The translations under genes and the position numbers were made by a program. The notes under the pieces are model-generated. The model saw nothing but the letters and a program-made list of their open reading frames with translations. It was not told the origin of the DNA and did no database searches. From positions 5,550,163-5,614,162 of the forward strand of contig NC_081394.1 in NCBI RefSeq assembly GCF_030684315.1: 64,000 nucleotides of DNA, in the 5' to 3' direction. The stretch is from Stegostoma tigrinum (Eukaryota). How positions within the stretch are numbered: the first letter of the stretch is position 1; the number at the start of each line of letters is the position of its first letter. Below are positions 11,801-24,719 of the stretch, piece after piece.

Positions 11801-14800
11801 CCCCACAACCCCTCCCTATCTCTGTAATCCCCCTCCAACCCCTACACCCCCTCCCTATCTCTGTAACCTCCTCCAGCCCCTACACCCCCTCCCTATCTCT
11901 GTAAACCCCTCCAGCCCCTACACCCCCTCCCTATCTCTGTCACCCCCTCCAGCCCATATACCCCCTCCCTATCTCTGTAACCTCCTCCAGCCCCTCCACC
12001 CCCTCCCTATCTCTGTAACCTCCTCCAGCCCCTACATCCCCTCCCTATCTCTGTAACCTCCTCCAGCCCCTACACCCCCTCCCTATCTCTGTAATCCCCT
12101 CCAGTTCCCTGCATCCCCTCCCTATCTCTGTAACCTCCTCCAGCCCCTACCCCCCCTCCCTGTCTGTCACCCCCTCCCTATCCCTGTAACCTCCTCCAGC
12201 CCCTACACCGCCTCCCTATCTCTGTAACCTCCTCCAGCCCCTACATCCCCTCCCTATCTCTGTAACCCCCCTCCAACCCCTACACCCCCTCCCTATCTCT
12301 GTAACCACCTCCAGCCCCTACACCCCCTCCCTGTCTCTGTCGCCCCCTCCAGCCCCTATACCCCCTCCCTATCTCTGTAACCCCCTCCAGCCCCGACATC
12401 CCCTCCCTATCTCTGTAACTTCCTCCAAGCCCCTACATCGCCTCCCTATCTCTGTAACCTCCTCCAGCCCCTACACCCCCTTCCTATCCCTGTAACCCCC
12501 TCCAGCCCCTACATCCCCTCCCTATATCTGTACCCCCTCCAGCCCCTCCCTATCCCTGTAACCCCCTCCAGCCCCTACACCCCCTCCCTATCTCTGTAAC
12601 CCCCTCCACCCCCTACATCCCCTCCCTATCTCTGTAACCTCCTCCAGCCCCTACATCCCCTCCCTATCTCTGTAACCTCCTCCAGCCCCTACACCCCCTC
12701 CCTGTCTCTGTCACCCCCTCCCTATCCCTGTAACCTCCTCCAGCCCCTACACCGCCTCCCTATCTCTGTAACCTCCTCCAGCCCCTACATCCCCTCCCTA
12801 TCTCTGTAACCCCCCTCCAACCCCTACACCCCCTCCCTATCTCTGTAACCTCCTCCAGCCCCTACATCCCTCCCTATCTCTGTAACCTCATCCAGCCCCT
12901 ACACCCCCTCCCTATCCCTGTAACCGCCTCCAGCCCCGACATCCCCTCCCTATCTCTGTAACCCCCTCCAGCCCCTCCCTATCCCTGTAACCCCCTCCAG
13001 CCCCTACACCCCCTCCCTATCTCTGTAAGCCCCTCCACCCCCTACATCCCCTCCCTATCTCTGTAACCTCCTCCAGCCCCTACACCCCCTCCCTATCTCT
13101 GTAAACTCCTCCAGCCCCTACATCCCCTCCCTATCTCTGTAACCTCCTCCAGCCCCTACACCCCCTCCCTATCTCTGTAACCTCCTCCAGCCCCTACACC
13201 CCCTTCCTTTCCCTGTAACCCCCTCCAGCCCCTACACTCCCTCCCTATCTCTGTAACCTCCTCCAGCCCCTACATCCCTCCCTATCTCTGTAACCTCCTC
13301 CAGCCCCTACACCCCCTCCCTATCCCTGTAACCCCTCCAGCCCCTACACCCCCTCCCTATCTCTGTAACCTCCTACAGCCCCTACACCCCCTCCCTATCC
13401 CTGTAACCCCCTCCAGCCCCTACACCCCCTCCCTATCTCTGTAACCCCCTCCAGCCCCTACATCCCCTCCCTATCTCTGTAACCTCCTCCAGCCCCACAA
13501 CCCCTCCCTATCTCTGTAATCCCCCTCCAACCCCTACACCCCCTCCCTATCTCTGTAACCTCCTCCAGCCCCTACACCCCCTCCCTATCTCTGTAAACCC
13601 CTCCAGCCCCTACACCCCCTCCCTATCTCTGTCACCCCCTCCAGCCCATATACCCCCTCCCTATCTCTGTAACCTCCTCCAGCCCCTCCACCCCCTCCCT
13701 ATCTCTGTAACCTCCTCCAGCCCCTACATCCCCTCCCTATCTCTGTAACCTCCTCCAGCCCCTACACCCCCTCCCTATCTCTGTAATCCCCTCCAGTTCC
13801 CTGCATCCCCTCCCTATCTCTGTAACCTCCTCCAGCCCCTACACCCCCTCCCTGTCTGTCACCCCCTCCCTATCCCTGTAACCTCCTCCAGCCCCTACAC
13901 CGCCTCCCTATCTCTGTAACCTCCTCCAGCCCCTACATCCCCTCCCTATCTCTGTAACCCCCCTCCAACCCCTACACCCCCTCCCTATCTCTGTAACCAC
14001 CTCCAGCCCCTACACCCCCTCCCTGTCTCTGTCGCCCCCTCCAGCCCCTATACCCCCTCCCTATCTCTGTAACCCCCTCCAGCCCCGACATCCCCTCCCT
14101 ATCTCTGTAACTTCCTCCAAGCCCCTACATCGCCTCCCTATCTCTGTAACCTCCTCCAGCCCCTACACCCCCTTCCTATCCCTGTAACCCCCTCCAGCCC
14201 CTACATCCCCTCCCTATATCTGTACCCCCTCCAGCCCCTCCCTATCCCTGTAACCCCCTCCAGCCCCTACACCCCCTCCCTATCTCTGTAACCCCCTCCA
14301 CCCCCTACATCCCCTCCCTATCTCTGTAACCTCCTCCAGCCCCTACATCCCCTCCCTATCTCTGTAACCTCCTCCAGCCCCTACACCCCCTCCCTGTCTC
14401 TGTCACCCCCTCCCTATCCCTGTAACCTCCTCCAGCCCCTACACCGCCTCCCTATCTCTGTAACCTCCTCCAGCCCCTACATCCCCTCCCTATCTCTGTA
14501 ACCCCCCTCCAACCCCTACACCCCCTCCCTATCTCTGTAACCTCCTCCAGCCCCTACATCCCTCCCTATCTCTGTAACCTCATCCAGCCCCTACACCCCC
14601 TCCCTATCCCTGTAACCCCCTCCAGCCCCGACATCCCCTCCCTATCTCTGTAACCCCCTCCAGCCCCTCCCTATCCCTGTAACCCCCTCCAGCCCCTACA
14701 CCCCCTCCCTATCTCTGTAACCCCCTCCACCCCCTACATCCCCTCCCTATCTCTGTAATCTCCTCCAGCCCCTACACCCCCTCCCTATCTCTGTAACCTC

Positions 14801-17800
14801 CTCCAGCCCCTACATCCCCTCCCTATCTCTGTAACCTCCTCCAGCCCCTACACCCCCTCCCTATCTCTGTAACCTCCTCCAGCCCCTACACCCCCTTCCT
14901 TTCCCTGTAACCCCCTCCAGCCCCTACACTCCCTCCCTATCTCTGTAACCTCCTCCAGCCCCTACATCCCTCCCTATCTCTGTAACCTCCTCCAGCCCCT
15001 ACACCCCCTCCCTATCCCTGTAACCCCCTCCAGCCCCTACACCCCCTCCCTATCTCTGTAACCTCCTACAGCCCCTACACCCCCTCCCTATCCCTGTAAC
15101 CCCCTCCAGCCCCTACACCCCCTCCCTATCTCTGTAACCTCCTCCAGCCCCTACATCCCCTCCCTATCTCTGTAACCTCCTCCAGCCCCACAACCCCTCC
15201 CTATCTCTGTAATCCCCCTCCAACCCCTACACCCCCTCCCTATCTCTGTAACCTCCTCCAGCCCCTACACCCCCTCCCTATCTCTGTAAACCCCTCCAGC
15301 CCCTACACCCCCTCCCTATCTCTGTAACCTCCTCCAGCCCCTACGCCCCCTCGCTATCCCTGTAACCCCCTCCAGCCCCTACACCCCCTCCCTATCTCTG
15401 TAACCCCCTCCAGCCCCTACATCCCCTCCCTATCTCTGTAACCTCCTCCAGCCCCTACACCCCCTCCCTATCTCTGTAACCCCCCTCCAACCCCTACACC
15501 CCCTCCCTATCTCTATAACCTCCTCCAGCCCCTACATCCCCTCCCTATCTCTGTAACCCCCTCCAGCCCCGACACCCCCTCCCTCTCTCTGTAAACCCCT
15601 CCAGCCCCTACATCCCCTCCCTATCTCTGTAACCTCCTCCAGCCCCTACACCCCCTCCCTATCACTGTAACCCCCTCCAGCCCCTACACCTCCTCCCTAT
15701 CTCTGTAATCCCCTCCAGTTCCCTACATCCCCTCCCTATCTCTGTAACCTCCTCCAGCCCCTACACCCCCTCCCTGTCTGTCACCCCCTCCCTATCCCTG
15801 TAACCTCCTCCAGCCCCTACACCGCCTCCCTATCTCTGTAACCTCCTCCAGCCCCTACATTCCCTCCCTATCTCTGTAACCCCCCTCCAACCCCTACACC
15901 CCCTCCCTATCTCTGTAACCCCCTCCAGCCCCTACACCCCCTCCCTGTCTCTGTCACCCCCTCCAGCCCCTATACCCCCTCCCTATCTCTGTAACCCCCT
16001 CCAGCCCCTACATCCCCTCCCTATCTCTGTAACCTCCTCCAAGCCCCTACATCGCCTCCCTATCTCTGTAAACCCCTCCAACCCCTCAGCCCCTCCCTAT
16101 CTCTGTAACCTCCTCCAGCCCCTACATCCCTCCCTATCTCTGTAACCTCCTCCAGCCCCTACACCCCCTCCCTATCTCTGTAACCTCCTCCAGCCCCTAC
16201 ACCCCCTTCCTTTCCCTGTAACCCCCTCCAGCCCCTACACTCCCTCCCTATCTCTGTAACCTCCTCCAGCCCCTACTTCCCTCCCTATCTCTGTAACCTC
16301 CTCCAGCCCCTACACCCCCTCCCTATCCCTGTAACCCCCTCCAGCCCCTACACCCCCTCCCTATCTCTGTAACCTCCTACAGCCCCTACACCCCCTCCCT
16401 ATCCCTGTAACCCCCTCCAGCCACTACACCCCCTCCCTATCTCTGTAACCCCCTCCAGCCCCTACTTCCCCTCCCTATCTCTGTAACCTCCTCCAGCCCC
16501 ACAACCCCTCCCTATCTCTGTAATCCCCCTCCAACCCCTACACCCCCTCCCTATCTCTGTAATCCCCTCCAGTTCCCTGCATCCCCTCCCTATCTCTGTA
16601 ACCTCCTCCAGCCCCTACACCCCCTCCCTGTCTGTCACCCCCTCCCTATCCCTGTAACCTCCTCCAGCCCCTACACCGCCTCCCTATCTCTGTAACCTCC
16701 TCCAGCCCCTACATCCCCTCCCTATCTCTGTAACCCCCCTCCAACCCCTACACCCCCTCCCTATCTCTGTAACCACCTCCAGCCCCTACACCCCCTCCCT
16801 GTCTCTGTCGCCCCCTCCAGCCCCTATACCCCCTCCCTATCTCTGTAACCCCCTCCAGCCCCGACATCCCCTCCCTATCTCTGTAACTTCCTCCAAGCCC
16901 CTACATCGCCTCCCTATCTCTGTAACCTCCTCCAGCCCCTACACCCCCTTCCTATCCCTGTAACCCCCTCCAGCCCCTACATCCCCTCCCTATATCTGTA
17001 CCCCCTCCAGCCCCTCCCTATCCCTGTAACCCCCTCCAGCCCCTACACCCCCTCCCTATCTCTGTAACCCCCTCCACCCCCTACATCCCCTCCCTATCTC
17101 TGTAACCTCCTCCAGCCCCTACATCCCCTCCCTATCTCTGTAACCTCCTCCAGCCCCTACACCCCCTCCCTGTCTCTGTCACCCCCTCCCTATCCCTGTA
17201 ACCTCCTCCAGCCCCTACACCGCCTCCCTATCTCTGTAACCTCCTCCAGCCCCTACATCCCCTCCCTATCTCTGTAACCCCCCTCCAACCCCTACACCCC
17301 CTCCCTATCTCTGTAACCTCCTCCAGCCCCTACATCCCTCCCTATCTCTGTAACCTCATCCAGCCCCTACACCCCCTCCCTATCCCTGTAACCCCCTCCA
17401 GCCCCGACATCCCCTCCCTATCTCTGTAACCCCCTCCAGCCCCTCCCTATCCCTGTAACCCCCTCCAGCCCCTACACCCCCTCCCTATCTCTGTAACCCC
17501 CTCCACCCCCTACATCCCCTCCCTATCTCTGTAATCTCCTCCAGCCCCTACACCCCCTCCCTATCTCTGTAACCTCCTCCAGCCCCTACATCCCCTCCCT
17601 ATCTCTGTAACCTCCTCCAGCCCCTACACCCCCTCCCTATCTCTGTAACCTCCTCCAGCCCCTACACCCCCTTCCTTTCCCTGTAACCCCCTCCAGCCCC
17701 TACACTCCCTCCCTATCTCTGTAACCTCCTCCAGCCCCTACATCCCTCCCTATCTCTGTAACCTCCTCCAGCCCCTACACCCCCTCCCTATCCCTGTAAC

Positions 17801-20800
17801 CCCCTCCAGCCCCTACACCCCCTCCCTATCTCTGTAACCTCCTACAGCCCCTACACCCCCTCCCTATCCCTGTAACCCCCTCCAGCCCCTACACCCCCTC
17901 CCTATCTCTGTAACCTCCTCCAGCCCCTACATCCCCTCCCTATCTCTGTAACCTCCTCCAGCCCCACAACCCCTCCCTATCTCTGTAATCCCCCTCCAAC
18001 CCCTACACCCCCTCCCTATCTCTGTAACCTCCTCCAGCCCCTACACCCCCTCCCTATCTCTGTAAACCCCTCCAGCCCCTACACCCCCTCCCTATCTCTG
18101 TAACCTCCTCCAGCCCCTACGCCCCCTCGCTATCCCTGTAACCCCCTCCAGCCCCTACACCCCCTCCCTATCTCTGTAACCCCCTCCAGCCCCTACATCC
18201 CCTCCCTATCTCTGTAACCTCCTCCAGCCCCTACACCCCCTCCCTATCTCTGTAACCCCCCTCCAACCCCTACACCCCCTCCCTATCTCTATAACCTCCT
18301 CCAGCCCCTACATCCCCTCCCTATCTCTGTAACCCCCTCCAGCCCCGACACCCCCTCCCTCTCTCTGTAAACCCCTCCAGCCCCTACATCCCCTCCCTAT
18401 CTCTGTAACCTCCTCCAGCCCCTACACCCCCTCCCTATCACTGTAACCCCCTCCAGCCCCTACACCTCCTCCCTATCTCTGTAATCCCCTCCAGTTCCCT
18501 ACATCCCCTCCCTATCTCTGTAACCTCCTCCAGCCCCTACACCCCCTCCCTGTCTGTCACCCCCTCCCTATCCCTGTAACCTCCTCCAGCCCCTACACCG
18601 CCTCCCTATCTCTGTAACCTCCTCCAGCCCCTACATTCCCTCCCTATCTCTGTAACCCCCCTCCAACCCCTACACCCCCTCCCTATCTCTGTAACCCCCT
18701 CCAGCCCCTACACCCCCTCCCTGTCTCTGTCACCCCCTCCAGCCCCTATACCCCCTCCCTATCTCTGTAACCCCCTCCAGCCCCTACATCCCCTCCCTAT
18801 CTCTGTAACCTCCTCCAAGCCCCTACATCGCCTCCCTATCTCTGTAAACCCCTCCAACCCCTCAGCCCCTCCCTATCTCTGTAACCTCCTCCAGCCCCTA
18901 CATCCCTCCCTATCTCTGTAACCTCCTCCAGCCCCTACACCCCCTCCCTATCTCTGTAACCTCCTCCAGCCCCTACACCCCCTTCCTTTCCCTGTAACCC
19001 CCTCCAGCCCCTACACTCCCTCCCTATCTCTGTAACCTCCTCCAGCCCCTACTTCCCTCCCTATCTCTGTAACCTCCTCCAGCCCCTACACCCCCTCCCT
19101 ATCCCTGTAACCCCCTCCAGCCCCTACACCCCCTCCCTATCTCTGTAACCTCCTACAGCCCCTACACCCCCTCCCTATCCCTGTAACCCCCTCCAGCCAC
19201 TACACCCCCTCCCTATCTCTGTAACCCCCTCCAGCCCCTACTTCCCCTCCCTATCTCTGTAACCTCCTCCAGCCCCACAACCCCTCCCTATCTCTGTAAT
19301 CCCCCTCCAACCCCTACACCCCCTCCCTATCTCTGTAACCTCCTCCAGCCCCTACACCCCCTCCCTATCTCTGTAAACCCCTCCAGCCCCTACACCCCCT
19401 CCCTATCTCTGTAACCTCTTCCAGCCCCTACACCCCCTCCCTATCCCTGTAACCCCCTCCAGCCCCTCCCTATCTCTGTAACCCCCTCCAGCCCCTACAT
19501 CCCCTCCCTATCTCTGTAACCTCCTCCAGCCCCTACACCCCCTCCCTATCTCTGTAACCCCCCTCCAACCCCTACACCCCCTCCCTATCTCTATAACCTC
19601 CTCCAGCCCCTACATCCCCTCCCTATCTCTGTAACCCCCTCCAGCCCCGACACCCCCTCCCTCTCTCTGTAAACCCCTCCAGCCCCTACATCCCCTCCCT
19701 ATCTCTGTAACCTCCTCCAGCCCCTACACCCCCTCCCTATCACTGTAACCCCCTCCAGTCCCTACACCTCCTCCCTATCTCTGTAATCCCCTCCAGTTCC
19801 CTACATCCCCTCCCTATCTCTGTAACCTCCTCCAGCCCCTACACCCCCTCCCTGTCTGTCACCCCCTCCCTATCCCTGTAACCTCCTCCAGCCCCTACAC
19901 CGCCTCCCTATCTCTGTAAACCCCTCCAGCCCCTACACCCCCTCCCTGTCTCTGTCACCCCCTCCAGCCCCTATACCCCCTCCCTATCTCTGTAACCCCC
20001 TCCAGCCCCTACATCCCCTCCCTATCTCTGTAACCTCCTCCAAGCCCCTACATGGCCTCCCTATCTCTGTAAACCCCTCCAACCCCTCAGCCCCTCCCTA
20101 TCTCTGTAACCTCCTCCAGCCCCTACATCCCTCCCTATCTCTGTAACCTCCTCCAGCCCCTACACCCCCTTCCTATCCCTGTAACCCCCTCCAGCCCCTA
20201 CATCCCCTCCCTATATCTGTAACCCCCTCCAGCCCCTCCCTATCCCTGTAACCCCCTCCAGTCCCTACACCCCCTCCCTATCTCTGTAACCCCCTCCACC
20301 CCCTACATCCCCTCCCTATCTCTGTAACCTCCTCCAGCCCCTACACCCCCTCCCTATCTCTGTAACCTCCTCCAGCCCCTACATCCCCTCCCTATCTCTG
20401 TAACCTCCTCCAGCCCCTACACCCCCTCCCTATCTCTGTAATCCCCTCCAGTTCCCTACATCCCCTCCCTATCTCTGTAACCTCCTCCAGCCCCTACACC
20501 CCGTCCCTGTCTGTCACCCCCTCCCTATCCCTGTAACCTCCTCCAGCCCCTACACCGCCTCCCTATCTCTGTAACCTCCTCCAGCCCCTACATCCCCTCC
20601 CTATCTCTGTAACCCCCCTCCAACCCCTACACCCCCTCCCTATCTCTGTAACCCCCTCCAGCCCCTACACCCCCTCCCTGTCTCTGTCACCCCCTCCAGC
20701 CCCTATTCCCCCTCCCTATCTCTGTAACCCCCTCCAGCCCCTACATCCCCTCCTTATCTCTGTAACCTCCTCCAAGCCCCTACATCGCCTCCCTATCTCT

Positions 20801-23385
20801 GTAAACCCCTCCAACCCCTACACCCCCTCCCTATCTCTGTAACCTCCTCCAGCCCCGACATCCCTCCCTATCTCTGTAACCTCCTCCAGCCCCTACACCC
20901 CCTTCCTATCCCTGTAACCCCCTCCAGCCCTTACACCCCCTCCCTATCTCTGTAACCCCCTCCAGCCCCTACATCCCCTCCCTATCTCTGTAACCTCCTC
21001 CAGCCCCACAACCCCTCCCTATCTCTGTAATCCCCCTCCAACACCTACACCCCCTCCCTATCTCTGTAACCTCCTCCAGCCCCTACATCCCCTCCCTATC
21101 TCTGTAACCGCCTCCAGCCCCTACATCCCCTCCCTATCTCTGTAACCTCCTCCAGCCCCTACACCCCCTCCCTGTCTCTGTCACCCCCTCCCTATCCCTG
21201 TAACCTCCTCCAGCCCCTACACCGCCTCCCTATCTCTGTAACCTCCTCCAGCCCCTACATCCCCTCCCTATCTCTGTAACCCCCCTCCAACCCCTCCCTA
21301 TCTCTGTAACCTCCTCCAGCCCCTACCTCCCTCCCTATCTCTGTAACCTCATCCAGCCCCTACATCCCCTCCCTATCCCTGTAACCCCCTCCAGCCCCTA
21401 CATCCCCTCCCTATCTCTGTAACCCCCTCCAGCCCCTCCCTATCCCTGTAACCCCCTCCAGCCCCTACACCCCCTCCCTATCTCTGTAACCCCCTCCACC
21501 CCCTACATCCCCTCCCTATCTCTGTAACCTCCTCCAGCCCCTACACCCCCTCCCTATCTCTGTAACCTCCTCCAGCCCCTACATCCCCTCCCTATCTCTG
21601 TAACCTCCTCCAGCCCCTACACCCCCTCCCTATCTCTGTAACCTCCTCCAGCCCCTACACCCCCTTCCTTTCCCTGTAACCCCCTCCAGCCCCTACACTC
21701 CCTCCCTATCTCTGTAACCTCCTCCAGCCCCTACATCCCTCCCTATCTCTGTAACCTCCTCCAGCCCCTACACCCCCTCCCTATCCCTGTAACCCCCTCC
21801 AGCCCCTACACCCCCTCCCTGTCTCTGTCACCCCCTCCAGCCCATATACCCCCTCCCTATCTCTGTAACCCCCTCCAGCCCCTACATCCCCTCCCTATCT
21901 CTGTAACCTCCTCCAAGCCCCTACATCGCCTCCCTATCTCTGTAAACCCCTCCAACCCCTACACCCCCTCCCTATCTCTGTAACCTCCTCCAGCCCCTAC
22001 ATCCCTCCCTATCTCTGTAACCTCCTCCAGCCCCTACACCCCCTTCCTATCCCTGTAACCCCCTCCAGCCCCTACATCCCCTCCCTATATCTGTAACCCC
22101 CTCCAGCCCCTCCCTATCCCTGTAACCCCCTCCAGCCCCTACACCCCCTCCCTATCTCTGTAACCCCCTCCACTCCCTACATCCCCTCCCTATCTCTGTA
22201 ACCTCCTCCAGCCCCTACACCCCCTCCCTATCTCTGTAACCTCCTCCAGCCCCGACATCCCCTCCCTATCTCTGTAACCTCCTCCAGCCCCTACACCCCC
22301 TCCCTGTCTCTGTCACCCCCTCCCTATCCCTGTAACCTCCTCCAGCCCCTACACCGCCTCCCTATCTCTGTAACCTCCTCCAGCCCCTACATCCCCTCCC
22401 TATCTCTGTAACCCCCTTCAGCCCCTCCCTATCCCTGTAACCCCCTCCAGCCCCTACACCCCCTCCCTATCTCTGTAACCCCCTCCACCCCCTACATCCC
22501 CTCCCTATCTCTGTAACCTCCTCCAGCCCCTACACCCCCTCCCTATCTCTGTAACCTCCTCCAGCCCCTACATCCCCTCCCTATCTCTGTAACCTACTCC
22601 AGCCCCTATACCCCCTCCCTATCTCTGTAACCTCCTCCAGCCCCTACACCCCCTTCCTTTCCCTGTAACCCCCTCCAGCCCCTACACTCCCTCCCTATCT
22701 CTGTAACCTCCTCCAGCCCCTACATCCCTCCCTATCTCTGTAACCTCCTCCAGCCCCTACACCCCCTCCCTATCCCTGTAACCCCCTCCAGCCCCTACAC
22801 CCCCTCCCTATCTCTGTAACCTCCTACAGCCCCTACACCCCCTCCCTATCCCTGTAACCCCCTCCAGCCCCTACACCCCCTCCCTATCTCTGTAACCCCC
22901 TCCAGCCCCTACATCCCCTCCCTATCTCTGTAACCTCCTCCAGCCCCACAACCCCTCCCTATCTCTGTAATCCCCCTCCAACACCTACACCCCCTCCCTA
23001 TCTCTGTAACCTCCTCCAGCCCCTACATCCCCTCCCTATCTCTGTAACCTCCTCCAGCCCCTACACCCCCTCCCTATCCTTGTAACCCCCTACAGCCCCT
23101 ACACCCCCTCCCTATCTCTGTAAACCCCTCCAGCCGCTACACTCCCTCCCTATCCCTGTAAACCCCTCCAGCCCCTACACCCCCTCCCTATTTCTGTCAC
23201 CCCCTCCAGCCGCTACACCCCCTCCCTATCCCTGTAACCCCCTCCAGCCCCTACACCCCCTCCCTATCCCTGTAACCTCCTCCAGCCCCTACACCCCCTC
23301 CCTATATCTGTAACCCCCTACAGGCCCTCCCTATCTCTGTAACCTCCTCCAGCCCCTACACCCCCTCCCTGTCTCTGTCACCTCT
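8805..23385 (+). repeat. 14.6-kb satellite of a 38-bp C-rich unit (roughly 380 copies)
   Basis: Consensus CCAGCCCCTACACCCCCTCCCTATCTCTGTAACCTCCT; degenerate units already at 8640-8700, separated by a Penelope-like fragment at about 8703-8795. Confidence 0.99.
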
Positions 23386-23660
23386 TCCAAAGCCTAGAAC
23401 TCACGAAGCTGCTGCGTCGCTCCTCATGTGGTCATTTGCACGTTTGCTGATTTTTGTTTTGTGAGCCCACCATTGTTGGCCGTGTCCTGTTAACTTTGGA
23501 ACTCCCTCCGTAAACCTCTCCTCCTCCCTCTGTCGTCTTTTCAGACTCCCCTTTAACCATTGTCCCTTTGACCGATTTTCCGGTCACCTATTCAGAGTCT
23601 CCTTATGTGACTTGGTATAAAATGTTTCCGTGATTTGTGCTTCTGCGAAGATGCCTGGAA
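23385..23660 (+). mobile_element. L2-like LINE 3' remnant contiguous with the satellite
   Basis: CCCACCATTGTTGGCCGTGTCC..TGGAACTCCCTCCGTAAACCTCTC resembles the non-amplified copies at 40870-41030 and 62060-62230; family assignment from recall. Confidence 0.55.
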
Positions 23661-23849
23661 TATAGCTTCAGGTACTATGGGAATGTGAGTAGTTGGTTGA
23701 ACCACTCCTGCGGGAATGAGCAGAGGGTGACAGATCAGTCATATTCGGTACCGCCTGTAATATTGGGCCCGAATGATTAATACAAGCAAAACTGAAACAT
23801 CTCGATTTCTGCTGTGAGGTCTATTTAATCGATCAACTTTACCTTCCAG

Positions 23850-24694
23850 ACTGCTCAAAATGATCTCCTGAGAAAAGTCCAACAGAAGGTGAAGCAAAGA
23901 GTCAAGCAAAACCCAACGCTGCTTCAGGTAAATAACATCTCACCTTGTGGCTGTGGGCGTCTGCGACTTGCTGGATAAAGATAACAAGGTGTAGAGCTGG
24001 ATGAACACAGCAGGCCAAGCAGCATCAGGGGAGCAGGAAGGCTGACGTTTCAGGCCTGGACCCTTCTTCAGCCAAGGCCCGGAACATCAGCCCTTCTGCT
24101 CCTCTGACGCTGCTTGGCCTGCTGTGTTCATCCAGCTCCACACCTTGTTATCTCAGATTCTCCAACATCTGCAGTTCCTATTATCCCTCACCTGCTGGAT
24201 AAAGTTGTTTCTGCGAGCTGTCTGTTCCTCAGAGGGAGGATGATGCTCGCACTGAGAACCTGTGTGGGAAGCGTCAATGTGGGGAATCTTAACTTTTTCA
24301 CAGCAGCTGCCACATGTTTTCTTCCTGATCAGGAAACTAGGCCTGAAGAAGGGGTTTACAGGTTGATAATCAACCTGTTTGGCCAGCTAAGGCACACGTT
24401 CTCTCATGGTGAAGTCCTTAAACCTGGAGGTAGTGACCCCAAACAAGGACGCAGCCGCTGTGCCGCACGTCCTCCCTCTTTACACTGCATCAAAGCAAGA
24501 TTTACATACTTTCATTGATCCTCTCATTTTGTGAATCTTACACAATCTTAGAATTTCCTGAATGTTTAACTTATTTTAACATTTTACATTTGGGATAATT
24601 TATCTGCAATTATATTATCTTTCCCAGAAATATGAAAATGATCCTTCACAACCCACAAACCCTCAACTAAAAGGTTCTTCAGAATCTCGTGTGG
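23850..24694 (+). other. Two candidate small exons (23850-23927, 24628-24694), possibly of gene A
   Basis: Canonical acceptors (TTTACCTTCCAG, TCTTTCCCAG) and donors (GTAAAT, GTATCG); open in phase 0 as TAQNDLLRKVQQKVKQRVKQNPTLLQ and KYENDPSQPTNPQLKGSSESRV; both have stops in phase 1. Confidence 0.35.
23978..24190. mobile_element. Penelope-derived inverted-repeat (hairpin) element
   Basis: Arm at about 23980-24050 is the reverse complement of about 24083-24152. Confidence 0.75.
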
Positions 24695-24719
24695 GTATCG
24701 TGATTACATGCTGAAATAT

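Noticed and set aside
8805-23385. CRISPR-like array or repetitive-protein CDS
   Set aside because: No unique spacers; the unit is 38 bp (not a multiple of 3) with frequent stops; eukaryotic context
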